64,000 nucleotides of DNA. It comes from Candidatus Binatia bacterium. GTDB taxonomy: Bacteria; Desulfobacterota; Binatia; Bin18. Below are positions 37,591 through 47,275 of the stretch, piece by piece; position 1 is the first letter of the stretch; every line of letters starts with the position of its first letter. The translations under genes were made by a program, and so were the position numbers. Under the pieces are notes generated by a model. That model was not told the DNA's origin and did no database searches. It worked only from the letters and a program-made list of their open reading frames with translations. The stretch covers positions 4,704,001 through 4,768,000 of the forward strand of contig OY761159.2 of assembly GCA_963664395.2 (NCBI GenBank), given 5' to 3'.

Positions 37591-38424
37591 ATGGATTTTC
37601 TCGAAGTTGTTGGTTCACGACGCAGCATTCGGATTTTCAAACCCTGGGCGCAGGTCGAAAAGGAAAAGATTCAACGCATTCTCGAGGTGGTCCGTTTGAC
37701 AACCTGTCCGGGCAACCTCCAGCCGTGGCGAGCCATTGTGGTTGAACGCGACCAACTGTCGAAGGAAGATCGGGAGACCCTGCTGGCGTGTGACAACTAT
37801 CAGGGGGCACACGTCAACGCCCCGGTCTGGATCTACTGGTTTGCCGATGTGGAGGGTTCTACCGCAGACACTTTTCGGACTCGGGTCCACGACCTGGTAG
37901 ACCTGGGTGCGCTGCCGACATTCTATGGCTGGACGCATGAGACGATTGATTCGGCCATTGTCAAAGGCGAGACCGCGCCCGAGGGCATGCCGGCCATACA
38001 CTCGCTGATTCACGGCCTCCCGCGTGAGGCCGCAGAAGCGGTTGCCCGGCAGGAGACGGTTGGGGCGTGTGCGGTCGCCGTCCTGGCCGCCGTCAACGAG
38101 GGACTCGGCACCTGCCTGCACATGGCCGCCTCGGCCGAGAAAACTCCGGCGCTGCATGCCGTCCTGAAGGCTCCTGAGGGCTGGGTACCGGTCTGGTGTC
38201 AGTTGGTTGGCTATCCGGCGGAATCCCCGGATGCCGGCGGCCAACGGCCACGCCTGCCCTTTGAAACGCTCTATTATGATGGCACCTATGGCCAGCCGTT
38301 TGCGCGCGATGCCAAGGTTGTTGAAGAGTTGAAAGAAGAAAAACTGATCCAAGAACAAATGCCCAAACCCGGACGTTTTGAAGAACTCAAACATCTCGCC
38401 CGCATGTTGGGTTTTCCGCTGTAA
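37591..38424 (+). CDS. Nitroreductase family protein (paralog 2)
   Basis: EVVGSRRSIR.F, GNLQPW, LAAVNEGLGT, VGYPAES..AGGQRPR; GGAGGAG RBS. Confidence 0.9.
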   Translation: MDFLEVVGSRRSIRIFKPWAQVEKEKIQRILEVVRLTTCPGNLQPWRAIVVERDQLSKEDRETLLACDNYQGAHVNAPVWIYWFADVEGSTADTFRTRVHDLVDLGALPTFYGWTHETIDSAIVKGETAPEGMPAIHSLIHGLPREAAEAVARQETVGACAVAVLAAVNEGLGTCLHMAASAEKTPALHAVLKAPEGWVPVWCQLVGYPAESPDAGGQRPRLPFETLYYDGTYGQPFARDAKVVEELKEEKLIQEQMPKPGRFEELKHLARMLGFPL

Positions 38425-38456
38425 GCCCAACACAATGAATCGACCATAAATCGACC

Positions 38457-38783
38457 ATGAACGACTTAAAATCTTACCCAAGCGTCCAAAAGTGGATTGA
38501 GAATGTCAATCGCTATTACGCTCTCAGCGATGAGGAGTGGGACAGTCGCCTTCAGACATTGGCCGACTTCTGCCGGTCTGAGGAAAAAGATCCGGATACA
38601 ATGATTTCCGAGGCCCTGGCTGACAGAGGAGAGAAGGTTGACTTTATTCGACGACTCAAGAAATTCGTCAAAGCCCAAACCTCGAATCCACGCGTCGGAC
38701 ACGATTTGGAGAACATGGTTCGCTCGTTCTTTATTCATAACGGCGCCCGGGTTGTGACACGTCCGTATCGCGCCGACGACTAA
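38457..38783 (+). CDS. Small helical hypothetical protein (paralog 2)
   Basis: Motifs shared with 37208-37564. Confidence 0.85.
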   Translation: MNDLKSYPSVQKWIENVNRYYALSDEEWDSRLQTLADFCRSEEKDPDTMISEALADRGEKVDFIRRLKKFVKAQTSNPRVGHDLENMVRSFFIHNGARVVTRPYRADD

Positions 38784-38799
38784 ACCTGGCGTGAGACCC

Positions 38800-38835
38800 C
38801 GGTCTAGCAGGCATCGGTCTAGCGGGCATCGGTCT
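38800..38835. repeat. 15-bp tandem repeat spanning the mug stop codon
   Basis: cggtctagcaggcat cggtctagcgggcat cggtct. Confidence 0.9.
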
Positions 38836-39397
38836 GGAGCGTCTCTTTGAATTCCTTGAGATCGTGCAGCGCGACGACAATGTCATGGAGTGAGTAGTGC
38901 GCATTACGCGGGCTCGTCGACGGCACCGCAAATACGTGGGCGCCCCCAAAGCGGTGGTCCAGATCACCCAGCCCGGCATCCTTTCCGCAACAGACTCGGT
39001 AGCCGGTCAGACCGTTAAAGCACACGATACGAGGCGCATAGTAGACAATTTTTTCGCGTAGCGCCTGTGCGCCCCGCCGAAACTCAGTGGGCGAAACCTC
39101 ATGAATACCCCTGGTCGGCCGCTTGACGATATCGGTCAGCCCAATGCCCCATACCATGAGGCGGGCATCATCTTCCGGCCCGACCGGATCGGGAACCAGG
39201 CCTGAAGCGGAGAGCGCGTCCCAAAAACGATTGACCTTGTTGGCAAAATAATGTCCGACTTCGGCGGAATAGAGGCCGGGATTCAGTCCAACAAACACGA
39301 TGTCCAAATTTTTTCGTAAATAGTCAGGCAAAGTCCGCCGCTGCCACTCGTCTCCACCCTGCCGGTGCAAAGCTGTTTTCTTCGTCCTTTTTTTCAT
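38819..39397 (-). CDS. mug: G/U mismatch-specific DNA glycosylase
   Basis: LPDYL..NL.IVFVGLNPG, HYFA...NRFW, GIGLT, PSTSP. Confidence 0.9.
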   Translation of the reverse strand: MKKRTKKTALHRQGGDEWQRRTLPDYLRKNLDIVFVGLNPGLYSAEVGHYFANKVNRFWDALSASGLVPDPVGPEDDARLMVWGIGLTDIVKRPTRGIHEVSPTEFRRGAQALREKIVYYAPRIVCFNGLTGYRVCCGKDAGLGDLDHRFGGAHVFAVPSTSPRNAHYSLHDIVVALHDLKEFKETLQTDAR

Positions 39398-40467
39398 AAG
39401 TATGGCTCTGATGCTACTGAACGCTCTCTTGAAGAACAGAGAGAATTGTAATGGAGTGTCAGCGTCCGATTTGACCAGACGGTCACGAGAGAACCCAGGA
39501 GGAGCCGATAAAGGTGCGAACGCGGAATCTTGACCCGCACGGTCGGGTCGAGCAGGTCTGGCGCACCACGCAGGAGATGGACAGTTGAGGCACCGATGAG
39601 TAACGGCCAGGAGCAGGCGAGGCGCAGTTGCCACTCGCGTCTTGGGATTGCCTGTGTATAGCCCCAGCCCTCTTGATAGTAGCCCAGGGTTACCTCCAGC
39701 AACTCGTCCAACAGCGGCCGTATCTTCTCAAGGGTTTCCGTCCTGTCTGCTCGGCGCAGCTGTTCTGGTTCAACCCCTAAGGTCCTGAGATCGGTCCGGG
39801 GGAGATAGCAACGTCCAATCCGGAGGTCTTGTGCCAGATCGCGCAGGATATTCGTGAGCTGTAAGCCTTTGCCAAATCGGACCGCCCGCGCAAGCATGTC
39901 TTCGGCATTCCAGTGTTGCAGCGAGGCGATATGCTCCAGAGACATATTCGTCCAGAATTCACCCACACAGCCAGCAACAAAATAGGTGTAGCGGTCCAAG
40001 TCGTCCCGCGTTTCGAGCGCGCCCACCCTCCCCTCCTCTTCAGCCGGGAAAACGGTCAAATCCATATGCATGCCCTGAGTCAGGGTTAAAACAAGCGTGC
40101 GGATATGGGCTTGGTCGTGCGGGTCAAGAGCGTCCAAACAGGCGAAACACTGTCTGAGGCTTGAGAGCAGAGTGCGCTCAGCGGGATTGTCTTGGTGCGG
40201 AGCAAGCTCGGTCTCCAAAGTCCGGCAGACCGCAACATTCTGATTCTCAAAGGCAGCCCGATACTCCTGTAGACGCTCCAAGCGGCCCTCTCGCGGAACG
40301 AGGCGTGTATCCGCTATCGTGTCCGCCGCCCGGCAAAACAAATAGGCCAGACCAAACGGTCGTCGGAGCGCCTTGGGGAGAATACGTAAGCTCAAGTAAA
40401 ATGATCGACTCACCCGAGGCAGGGTCTCGAACAGGAGCGTGTCTTCAAGAGGGCGCGTGTTCACCAT
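39394..40467 (-). CDS. Squalene/phytoene synthase family (farnesyl-diphosphate farnesyltransferase-like)
   Basis: VSRSF, AYLFCRAADTIAD, YTYFVAGCVGEFW, GLQLTNILRD...D...GRCYLP. Confidence 0.9.
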   Translation of the reverse strand: MVNTRPLEDTLLFETLPRVSRSFYLSLRILPKALRRPFGLAYLFCRAADTIADTRLVPREGRLERLQEYRAAFENQNVAVCRTLETELAPHQDNPAERTLLSSLRQCFACLDALDPHDQAHIRTLVLTLTQGMHMDLTVFPAEEEGRVGALETRDDLDRYTYFVAGCVGEFWTNMSLEHIASLQHWNAEDMLARAVRFGKGLQLTNILRDLAQDLRIGRCYLPRTDLRTLGVEPEQLRRADRTETLEKIRPLLDELLEVTLGYYQEGWGYTQAIPRREWQLRLACSWPLLIGASTVHLLRGAPDLLDPTVRVKIPRSHLYRLLLGSLVTVWSNRTLTLHYNSLCSSRERSVASEPYL

Positions 40468-40495
40468 GCGTGTCAGTCTGGGTCAACCGGACAGT

Positions 40496-41038
40496 TCAGC
40501 CAGCGAGCAAGCCCGATGCCTGTAACGCCTCAAGCGCCTTGCGCCGCATGGAAAAACGATCTTTTTCCGCAGCATTCATTTCAGCAAAAGTGAGGACACT
40601 CGCCGTTGGCTGAAAAATCGCATCCCAGCCAAACCCCCCCGTGCCCCGCGGACGATCGGGAATGGAGCCCGGTACCGTCCCGGCAAACGTTTGCACCCTT
40701 TCACCGTCACAATAGCCAAACAGCGTTGTTGCCGTTGCCGCACGATTCGTCTCTGCCTGCATCAGCTGACACAGGCCCGCTACACCGATACTGCTGAGGA
40801 AGCATTTGATTAACGCGCCCGGCAACCCATTCCAGGCAGCAAACGCAAGGCCGGTGTCTTCAACCAGGACGGGGCGGCTGAGAGCCGCGTAGGCAAGACG
40901 CGCCTTATGCTCGACGACAGGGAGGGGGTCTATAGACTGAATTTCGTCGAGCGGCAGCGATTCATGCGCCAGAGCAGCGCCAAGGATGCGTTCACATTCT
41001 CGGACCTTGTGTGTATTACCGGAGATAAAAGTCAACAT
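40496..41038 (-). CDS. Ham1/RdgB non-canonical purine NTP pyrophosphatase
   Basis: SGN.HK, EIQS, VEDTGL, GLPG..IK, GFGWD.IF, AEM...EK...S.R. Confidence 0.9.
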   Translation of the reverse strand: MLTFISGNTHKVRECERILGAALAHESLPLDEIQSIDPLPVVEHKARLAYAALSRPVLVEDTGLAFAAWNGLPGALIKCFLSSIGVAGLCQLMQAETNRAATATTLFGYCDGERVQTFAGTVPGSIPDRPRGTGGFGWDAIFQPTASVLTFAEMNAAEKDRFSMRRKALEALQASGLLAG

Positions 41039-41054
41039 GACGACCCACCCTCCG

Positions 41055-41741
41055 TTATCGGCGGCGCCGCATCCGAGTAGAAGTCTGGTCGGTAGCCCCA
41101 GAACGAAACGCATGAACGCGGTGCCCTTTGACTTGCAACGAACGCAACCTGACAAACTCGGCCTGATCGATCAACACAACCCCCTGCTGCAATGCGGCCA
41201 TCTGCACTTGCGCTGACGATTTGTGCGGGCTCAGGACCATGGCCTGCTGACAATCGGTCTTTTTCAAAGCTTCCAGGGCTGCGCCAATAACCGCTTCATC
41301 CACTAGCGCATATTCAACGAGACACCAGACCCGTTCGTTCCCTCTGACAAGCAACAGAGCGGTTGCTGAGTCAGCGGACACGTCCTTTATCTGCGTTTCA
41401 TATCCTTGGGTCTGGAGAACTCCCATTGCCTGTTCCAAGAATTCCGCACGCTCCATCTGACCGATTTCAACGAGCCAATCAGATTCGGATTGGTCAGAAC
41501 GTGCAGCAGAATTTCGGCGCCGCCGAGTAAAGACGCTCATGAGCAACCACACCCCAATACCGCCGGCCAGCCACAGAACGGAATCCGGACCAAGGTAGCG
41601 CTGAATGGTTGTCGTGCCGAAGATAATCAGCAGGAGAATCGCCGTGCCCTTTATAAGACTGTCTCGTGAGCGCTTCGCACGGCGAAGCTTTTGCACTGCA
41701 ACTGGAGGACGAGAAGGCTCTTGCATATCTTGCTCCCACAT
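41055..41741 (-). CDS. Membrane protein with a degenerate Mrr-like restriction endonuclease domain
   Basis: Two N-terminal TM helices, then I..M...EF.......L...GY and A....GVVLID. Confidence 0.55.
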   Translation of the reverse strand: MWEQDMQEPSRPPVAVQKLRRAKRSRDSLIKGTAILLLIIFGTTTIQRYLGPDSVLWLAGGIGVWLLMSVFTRRRRNSAARSDQSESDWLVEIGQMERAEFLEQAMGVLQTQGYETQIKDVSADSATALLLVRGNERVWCLVEYALVDEAVIGAALEALKKTDCQQAMVLSPHKSSAQVQMAALQQGVVLIDQAEFVRLRSLQVKGHRVHAFRSGATDQTSTRMRRRR

Positions 41742-41905
41742 GGAGGGATTGCCCCTCCTGTCCTATCGATTTAGCTGATAGGCCTGACCTCTCGCAAGCT
41801 CATCTGCGCATCTCTCTGTATCCTCCTTCCTCGCAGAGGGGCCTGAGCGAACAGTAATGAGGATTTTGGGGCTCAATTGGTGCTCAGGCAGGGAGGAGTG
41901 GAGCA

Positions 41906-42772
41906 TCACCGCTTCGTCGTCAGCACAACGCCGCCGATCACACAGGCAGTCCCCAGGACCTGTACCCGAGTGATCTGTTCGTCGAGAAAAATTGCTGACG
42001 AAATCATAACGATGATCGGAATGAGGTTCATGAACACCGCAGCTCGATGGGGGCTCACTCTGGTCAGGGCCTGGTAGTACAGTAGATTCGTCAGCGGTGA
42101 CAGCACCGAGAGATATCCAAGGGCAACCAACACCAGAGGTGAAAAATCAAAGTCTGCACTAAACGGAGCTTCAACCAAACACAGCGGGACTAAAATAAAG
42201 GTCCCCGCGATATAAGAACTCGCAGTTGCGGCGGCTGCCGAACGATTGGCCAGCGCCACCCGACTATACACAGTATACAACGACCAACTGAACTGGCCGA
42301 GCAGAATATACAAGTCTCCCCAATTCAAAGAAAGATTAAAGAGGACCTCCAGTGAGCCCTGACAGATAATGGAAACGAGGCCAACAAAGGACAACAGGAT
42401 GCCCGAGACATTGATAAGTGAAAGCTGTTCCTTCAAGAAAGCCCAGGAAAAAAGGGCGACCCACATCGGAGTGGAGGCAGCGATAATACCCGCATTCGAA
42501 GCGGACGTCGTCTGAAGGCCAATATAAAAAAGCGCGCCGGCTCCAATAACGCCGGTGAGCGTCATCACGGCCGTACTCTTCATATCTTTTCGTAATTCAG
42601 CCCACCAATTGGGCTGGGACTTCCAGCCCACGAGCGTCAGGAGAATAGCGCCGACGACCGTTCGGATAGCGATCAAGGTCAGCGGTCCAACCGACCCGAG
42701 CATGAACTTCCCGGCCGGGAAATTCGTTGCCCATAAACACACCACGCCCAAAAGGAGAAAATAGGCCGCCAC
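41906..42772 (-). CDS. DMT/EamA family transporter
   Basis: About 10 TM helices; WATNF, TSASNAGII, GD...L, AAVFMNLIP. Confidence 0.9.
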   Translation of the reverse strand: MAAYFLLLGVVCLWATNFPAGKFMLGSVGPLTLIAIRTVVGAILLTLVGWKSQPNWWAELRKDMKSTAVMTLTGVIGAGALFYIGLQTTSASNAGIIAASTPMWVALFSWAFLKEQLSLINVSGILLSFVGLVSIICQGSLEVLFNLSLNWGDLYILLGQFSWSLYTVYSRVALANRSAAAATASSYIAGTFILVPLCLVEAPFSADFDFSPLVLVALGYLSVLSPLTNLLYYQALTRVSPHRAAVFMNLIPIIVMISSAIFLDEQITRVQVLGTACVIGGVVLTTKR

Positions 42773-42779
42773 GTATGCC

Positions 42780-44225
42780 TTATCCTTTAATCACGGCCAT
42801 GGGTTTGAGTTTGGCAACTTTTTTACTGATACCGGCCCGATCCACAACATCCACAACGTTGGCGACATCTTTGTAGGCAGAGGGCATCTCTTCCGCAAAT
42901 GTGCGCTTGCCTCGGTAGCGGGCAATCACACCATACTCGCCGAGTTCTTTGACCAGGTTTCGACCCCGAGCAGCTTTCTTGGCTTGCATACGACTCATCA
43001 CCCGGCCTGCCCCATGGCACGTGGAACCAAAGGTTTCCTGCATCGCCTGCTTTGTACCAACGAGCAGAAACGAGTAGCGGCCCATATCTCCGGGGATCAG
43101 TACAGGTTGACCAAGCGCGCGCACCGAGCTCGGGAGAGCCGGATGGCCGGCTCCAAAGGCGCGAGTTGCGCCTTTGCGGTGCACCCAGACTTTTTGCTTG
43201 ACGCCACCGATTTCATGCGTTTCCGGTTTGGCAATGTTATGGCAGACGTCATAGATCAGACGCAACCCCAGGTCGGTCGGAGAGATGTCCAGGGTGGCCA
43301 GAAAAGCGTGCTCGGCCAAGTGCATCATCACCTGCCGATTGACCCAAGCGTAATTGGCCGCACAGGCCATAGCCGCCAGATAGTGCCGGCCTTCGGGAGA
43401 CGTTATCGGAGCACACGCAAGCTGTCGGTCAGGAACGCGGATATGATACTTGTCCATAGCCCGCCCCATGACGTGCAGCGCATCGTCACACGTCTGATGG
43501 CCCAGCCCACGTGAGCCCGAATGAATAATGAGTGTGACTTGCCCGACCGACAGGCCGAGCGTCTGTGCGGCCGCCGGTTCATATATTTCCTCGACGCGGC
43601 CAACCTCAAGAAAGTGATTGCCCGACCCAAGCGTGCCCACTTGCCCCAAGCCCCGGTTGAGCGCCTCTGCGCTCAATGCGGCAGGATCTGCTCCGATGAG
43701 ACAGCCGTACTCTTCCGTCCGTTCTATATCTTCTGCTCGACCGAAACCCCGCTCAACAGCCCAGCGTGCCCCTTGCACGGTAAGTTTCATTTCGTCTGAC
43801 CTGCTGAGCTTGGGAATAGCCCCCTGTGCGCCCACCCCACAGGGGATAGTGGCAAACAGCGCATCCGCCAGTGTGTGGAGCTTGCTTTGAATCTCAGCGG
43901 CTTGAAGCTTGGTACTGACTAAGCGCACGCCGCAGTTGATATCGTAGCCAACACCGCCGGGAGAGATGACACCTTCGCTGGCGTCCATTGCTGCCACCCC
44001 GCCGATAGGAAAACCATAGCCCCAGTGGATATCTGGCATAGCCAAGGAGTAGCCGACAATGCCGGGCAGATGCGCAACATTGACCACTTGCTGAAGCGCA
44101 GCATCGTGCTGAATGTCCTGCATGAGCTGGGCTGAGGCGTATATCCGTCCGGGGACGCGCATATCGCCCCGTTTGGGAATTTCCCAGACATAGTCGTTGA
44201 TTTGTCGAACCGAAAAATTGCTCAT
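42780..44225 (-). CDS. rtcB: RNA-splicing ligase RtcB
   Basis: MPDIHWGYGFPIGG, GYDINCG, GTLGSGNHFLE, HSGSRG, HN.AK, HRKGATRA, PGDMG, HGAGR, EE.P.AYK. Confidence 0.96.
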   Translation of the reverse strand: MSNFSVRQINDYVWEIPKRGDMRVPGRIYASAQLMQDIQHDAALQQVVNVAHLPGIVGYSLAMPDIHWGYGFPIGGVAAMDASEGVISPGGVGYDINCGVRLVSTKLQAAEIQSKLHTLADALFATIPCGVGAQGAIPKLSRSDEMKLTVQGARWAVERGFGRAEDIERTEEYGCLIGADPAALSAEALNRGLGQVGTLGSGNHFLEVGRVEEIYEPAAAQTLGLSVGQVTLIIHSGSRGLGHQTCDDALHVMGRAMDKYHIRVPDRQLACAPITSPEGRHYLAAMACAANYAWVNRQVMMHLAEHAFLATLDISPTDLGLRLIYDVCHNIAKPETHEIGGVKQKVWVHRKGATRAFGAGHPALPSSVRALGQPVLIPGDMGRYSFLLVGTKQAMQETFGSTCHGAGRVMSRMQAKKAARGRNLVKELGEYGVIARYRGKRTFAEEMPSAYKDVANVVDVVDRAGISKKVAKLKPMAVIKG

Positions 44226-44242
44226 CTGCTGCGCGCGTCCGC

Positions 44243-44665
44243 CTACACGTCAAAGATAATCCGCGCACGCCACCGCTCGGCAATCTTTTGCACGCTGAGC
44301 TGATGATACGTCACGGCCTTGATTTCAGTCTCAAACTCGTGGCGATCGTGATCCAGGCATTCACCCACCAGGCGAGAGGAAATCTGTGTTTTTTCCAGCC
44401 GCTCAATATAAATTTCTTTTCCAATAAAGCCGTCCTGTAGAAAATCGACGAGTAAGCGAGTGAGCCAATCGTGCAGCAAGTCTTCCCAGTTGTCTGCAAA
44501 CACAGTGTGAGAGCGTTCTTCAGCAGGCTGTACCTGTTCGAGATGGACCATAAGGGTGAACAAGGCCAGCCCCGCTCGACGAAACAAGTCCGGGGCAGAC
44601 TGAGCCTCGACTTCGATTCCGATATCAGCCGTATGCTCAATCTCTCGAAAGAGGGGAGTAGTCAC
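44243..44665 (-). CDS. Archease
   Basis: EHTADIG, EIKAVTYH, C-terminal FDV. Confidence 0.95.
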   Translation of the reverse strand: MTTPLFREIEHTADIGIEVEAQSAPDLFRRAGLALFTLMVHLEQVQPAEERSHTVFADNWEDLLHDWLTRLLVDFLQDGFIGKEIYIERLEKTQISSRLVGECLDHDRHEFETEIKAVTYHQLSVQKIAERWRARIIFDV

Positions 44666-44763
44666 TCTTTCATTATACGAGGTGCACTCCGAGAGCGGAA
44701 CTCCGTCCTCCCGGCGGGCCGGTGCACGAGTTCCTCCAGGAGGCTGCGTACATCAGATCTCGA

Positions 44764-45285
44764 TCATTCTGCGTCATATCGGATACATGAAAAGACCCCA
44801 CACGGGGCAAGGCGTTCCCGTCCGCCCAGGAACGACAGTTCTACCAGGAAGGCTGCTTCTACGATGTCGGCTTGCAGTTTGCCGGCGAGCGAAATTGCGG
44901 CGCGGGCGGTTCCGCCGGTTGCTAAGAGGTCATCAATCAACAAGACGCGACTGTTCGGGGGGAACGCATCCCGATGAATCTCTAACGTATCTGTTCCATA
45001 CTCGAGCTCGTAGCTTGCCTCAAATGTTGATGCCGGCAGCTTGCCGGGTTTTCGAACCAGCGCGTGGCCACAGCCCAAAGCATAGGCTAAGGCCGAGCCA
45101 AAGATAAACCCACGCGATTCAATCCCCAGGATAATGTCAATTTTATTTCGGTACCGGTCGGCGAGTTGATCTATCACCTGCCGCCAGGCCGGCCCATTGG
45201 TGAGTAACGGAGTAATGTCCTTAAAGACGATTCCCGGCTTGGGAAAATCCGGGACATCACGAATAAACGTTTTCAAGTCTAACAT
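44764..45285 (-). CDS. apt: Adenine phosphoribosyltransferase
   Basis: IRDVPDFPKPGIVFKDITPLL, ESRGF, RKPGKLP, YELEYG, DDLLATGGT. Confidence 0.96.
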   Translation of the reverse strand: MLDLKTFIRDVPDFPKPGIVFKDITPLLTNGPAWRQVIDQLADRYRNKIDIILGIESRGFIFGSALAYALGCGHALVRKPGKLPASTFEASYELEYGTDTLEIHRDAFPPNSRVLLIDDLLATGGTARAAISLAGKLQADIVEAAFLVELSFLGGRERLAPCGVFSCIRYDAE

Positions 45286-45300
45286 GCGCCCCTCCTCAGT

Positions 45301-45351
45301 CTTCTGTCTGCTTCTGCCTGCTTCTGTCTGGCTTCGTCTGGCTTCGTCTGG
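45301..45351. repeat. Degenerate 10-bp tandem repeat x5 filling an intergenic gap
   Basis: cttctgtctg cttctgcctg cttctgtctg gcttcgtctg gcttcgtctg. Confidence 0.85.
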
Positions 45352-45353
45352 TT

Positions 45354-46076
45354 TTACTCCCGCTGAGTCGCGTGGCGGACAGGTGGCAGATAATGTATCG
45401 GGTTGCGGGCGTTTTTGCCGCTGCGGACCTCAAAGTGTAAACTTGCGCCCGTCACCCGGCCGGTTTGTCCAACTTCACCGACAATATCACCGCGTTGCAC
45501 TGCTTGCCCATCTTTCACCAGATTGCGGCGATGATGAGCGTACACCGTGGTAAAGCCATTCGCATGCTTCACAATGACGACATTGCCATAGCCGCGTAAG
45601 GCATCGCTAAAGATGACCCGCCCGGCGGCTGCCGCACGGACCGGGGTTCCGACTGGGGCCACAATGTCAATGCCATCGTGGAAGCCCCCCTTACGCGGGC
45701 CGAAACGAGAGGTTACCGTTCCTTTGAGCGGCCAACTAAAAAGCTTTTCCGCATCCTTGGGAATGGGTAGATAGGCTGGTGGAGGTTTCCCCTCTAGCTT
45801 GGAACGGGAGGGCTTGGCCGGCGACGTTCTTGCCAGACCACGATATGTGGTCCCGTGCGGCATACGGAGGCGCTGCCCAACTTCTATACGGTCAGGATTG
45901 CGAATAGCGTTAAGCGCGGCCAACTCCTGATACGGAACGCGGTACGCATGCCCGATCTCAGACAGCGTCTCACCGGGCCGAACGACGTGATACTTGTACT
46001 GAGTGCGAGAACACGCAGAGAAGACGACCAACACCCAGAGGAAGACGCCCAGGACCACCCCACCCCACCGCCACAC
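45354..46076 (-). CDS. LysM + M23 peptidase lipoprotein (NlpD-like)
   Basis: Lipobox FSAC; H.V..GETL..I LysM; WP..G..TS.FG; HDGID; YAH; LHFEVR. Confidence 0.9.
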   Translation of the reverse strand: MWRWGGVVLGVFLWVLVVFSACSRTQYKYHVVRPGETLSEIGHAYRVPYQELAALNAIRNPDRIEVGQRLRMPHGTTYRGLARTSPAKPSRSKLEGKPPPAYLPIPKDAEKLFSWPLKGTVTSRFGPRKGGFHDGIDIVAPVGTPVRAAAAGRVIFSDALRGYGNVVIVKHANGFTTVYAHHRRNLVKDGQAVQRGDIVGEVGQTGRVTGASLHFEVRSGKNARNPIHYLPPVRHATQRE

Positions 46077-46135
46077 AGCTTCTTCCCTTTCTCCTAGAGG
46101 AGGTTATCCACCCGCTATCATTAGCGCCACAAACT

Positions 46136-46164
46136 ATTGTCAGATGCTTGCACCGCTTTGTCAA
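46136..46164 (-). promoter_or_regulatory. Putative sigma70 promoter TTGACA-N17-GACAAT
   Basis: Canonical spacing upstream of the LysM-apt-archease-rtcB run. Confidence 0.55.
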
Positions 46165-46224
46165 GAAGAAGAAGAATGAGCGCAAGGCAGGACCGGACAC
46201 AATCAACGCGCTGAAGAGACTGTG

Positions 46225-47205
46225 TTATTGAGCCGGGCTATTGAGCCGATTGAGGCCGAGCGTTGCTCCTGCACCAATAACGATCAACACCAGCGCCGCG
46301 CCTATCTGCCCACCGCTGGGTAGAAAAAACTGCACCGGCCAGTCTTCGGCATCAATCCGGGGAAGTGTCTCTGGGGTGACCACGTGCCCTTGTATCAAAT
46401 CGCCTATCTGGGGCGGGACGCCAGCCTGAAATGGCCAGAGGCCAACCACAGCACCAAGCACCAAGCCCATGAGGGCGCCAAGTGTGGCCGCTCGATGGTG
46501 TTCCAACAGCCAGCGTACGAGATTGCTGACTCCAATAACACCCGCCACCCCGCCAATGCCGACTGGCACCACAACACATAAAGCCTCCTCAACGAGGGGC
46601 CAATTCAGCCCGGCCGGCTCGCCTGTTCCAAGCAGGCCAAGGCGCAGCTTTTCAATGCTACTGAGAATGGGCACATATTGGCCGAGCAGGAGGAGAAGAT
46701 ACCCCCCCGACACTCCAGGGAGCACCATAGCACTCGCCCCGGCCAAACCAGCAACAAAAAGTAACCCCAGGGATGCCTCTCCGTGTCCAGTTTGCGTCGG
46801 ATTCCCGAAGGCGAGCAGAACCATCAGGAGAAAAGCGGCTCCAGCGCCAATAAAAAAGCGCTGAGATACCGGATGGGAAAGACGCCAGAGTAACGGCACA
46901 CTCCCCAGCGTGAGGCCAATGAACAGGCTGTACATGATCCAGCGGTACTCAATGACTACCGTTTTGGTGGGTCCGGCAAGGAGAACAATGGCAAGGGCTG
47001 CGGCTCCTCCAATTGCACTCAGAAGAACCAGAGACGCCAGACGCCAGCGGAATGTAGTGACCTCGGCTATGGCCCCAATAAAGTCGGGATATACTCCAGT
47101 GACCAGCAGCATCGTGCCGCCACTGATACCGGGAACGAGGTTGGCCAGTCCCATCAGTGCCCCGCCAATGAGGGCTTGGACGATCTTGCTCGCTTGTTCG
47201 GCCAT
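46225..47205 (-). CDS. DUF368 family membrane protein (undecaprenyl-phosphate recycling family)
   Basis: MG.AN.VPGISGGT and AMVLPGVSG..LLLLLG.Y signature repeats. Confidence 0.9.
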   Translation of the reverse strand: MAEQASKIVQALIGGALMGLANLVPGISGGTMLLVTGVYPDFIGAIAEVTTFRWRLASLVLLSAIGGAAALAIVLLAGPTKTVVIEYRWIMYSLFIGLTLGSVPLLWRLSHPVSQRFFIGAGAAFLLMVLLAFGNPTQTGHGEASLGLLFVAGLAGASAMVLPGVSGGYLLLLLGQYVPILSSIEKLRLGLLGTGEPAGLNWPLVEEALCVVVPVGIGGVAGVIGVSNLVRWLLEHHRAATLGALMGLVLGAVVGLWPFQAGVPPQIGDLIQGHVVTPETLPRIDAEDWPVQFFLPSGGQIGAALVLIVIGAGATLGLNRLNSPAQ

Positions 47206-47275
47206 ATGTGGGAGTCAGGTAGCGTTCAACGAGAGGCGGCTGAACTCTTCGGACTGACGCGCATCGAAACCGGGT

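Noticed and set aside
37208-38783. Small RSF.IHNG proteins as integrase remnants of a mobile element
   Set aside because: Both are intact, operonic and duplicated together with nitroreductases; there is no catalytic recombinase domain.
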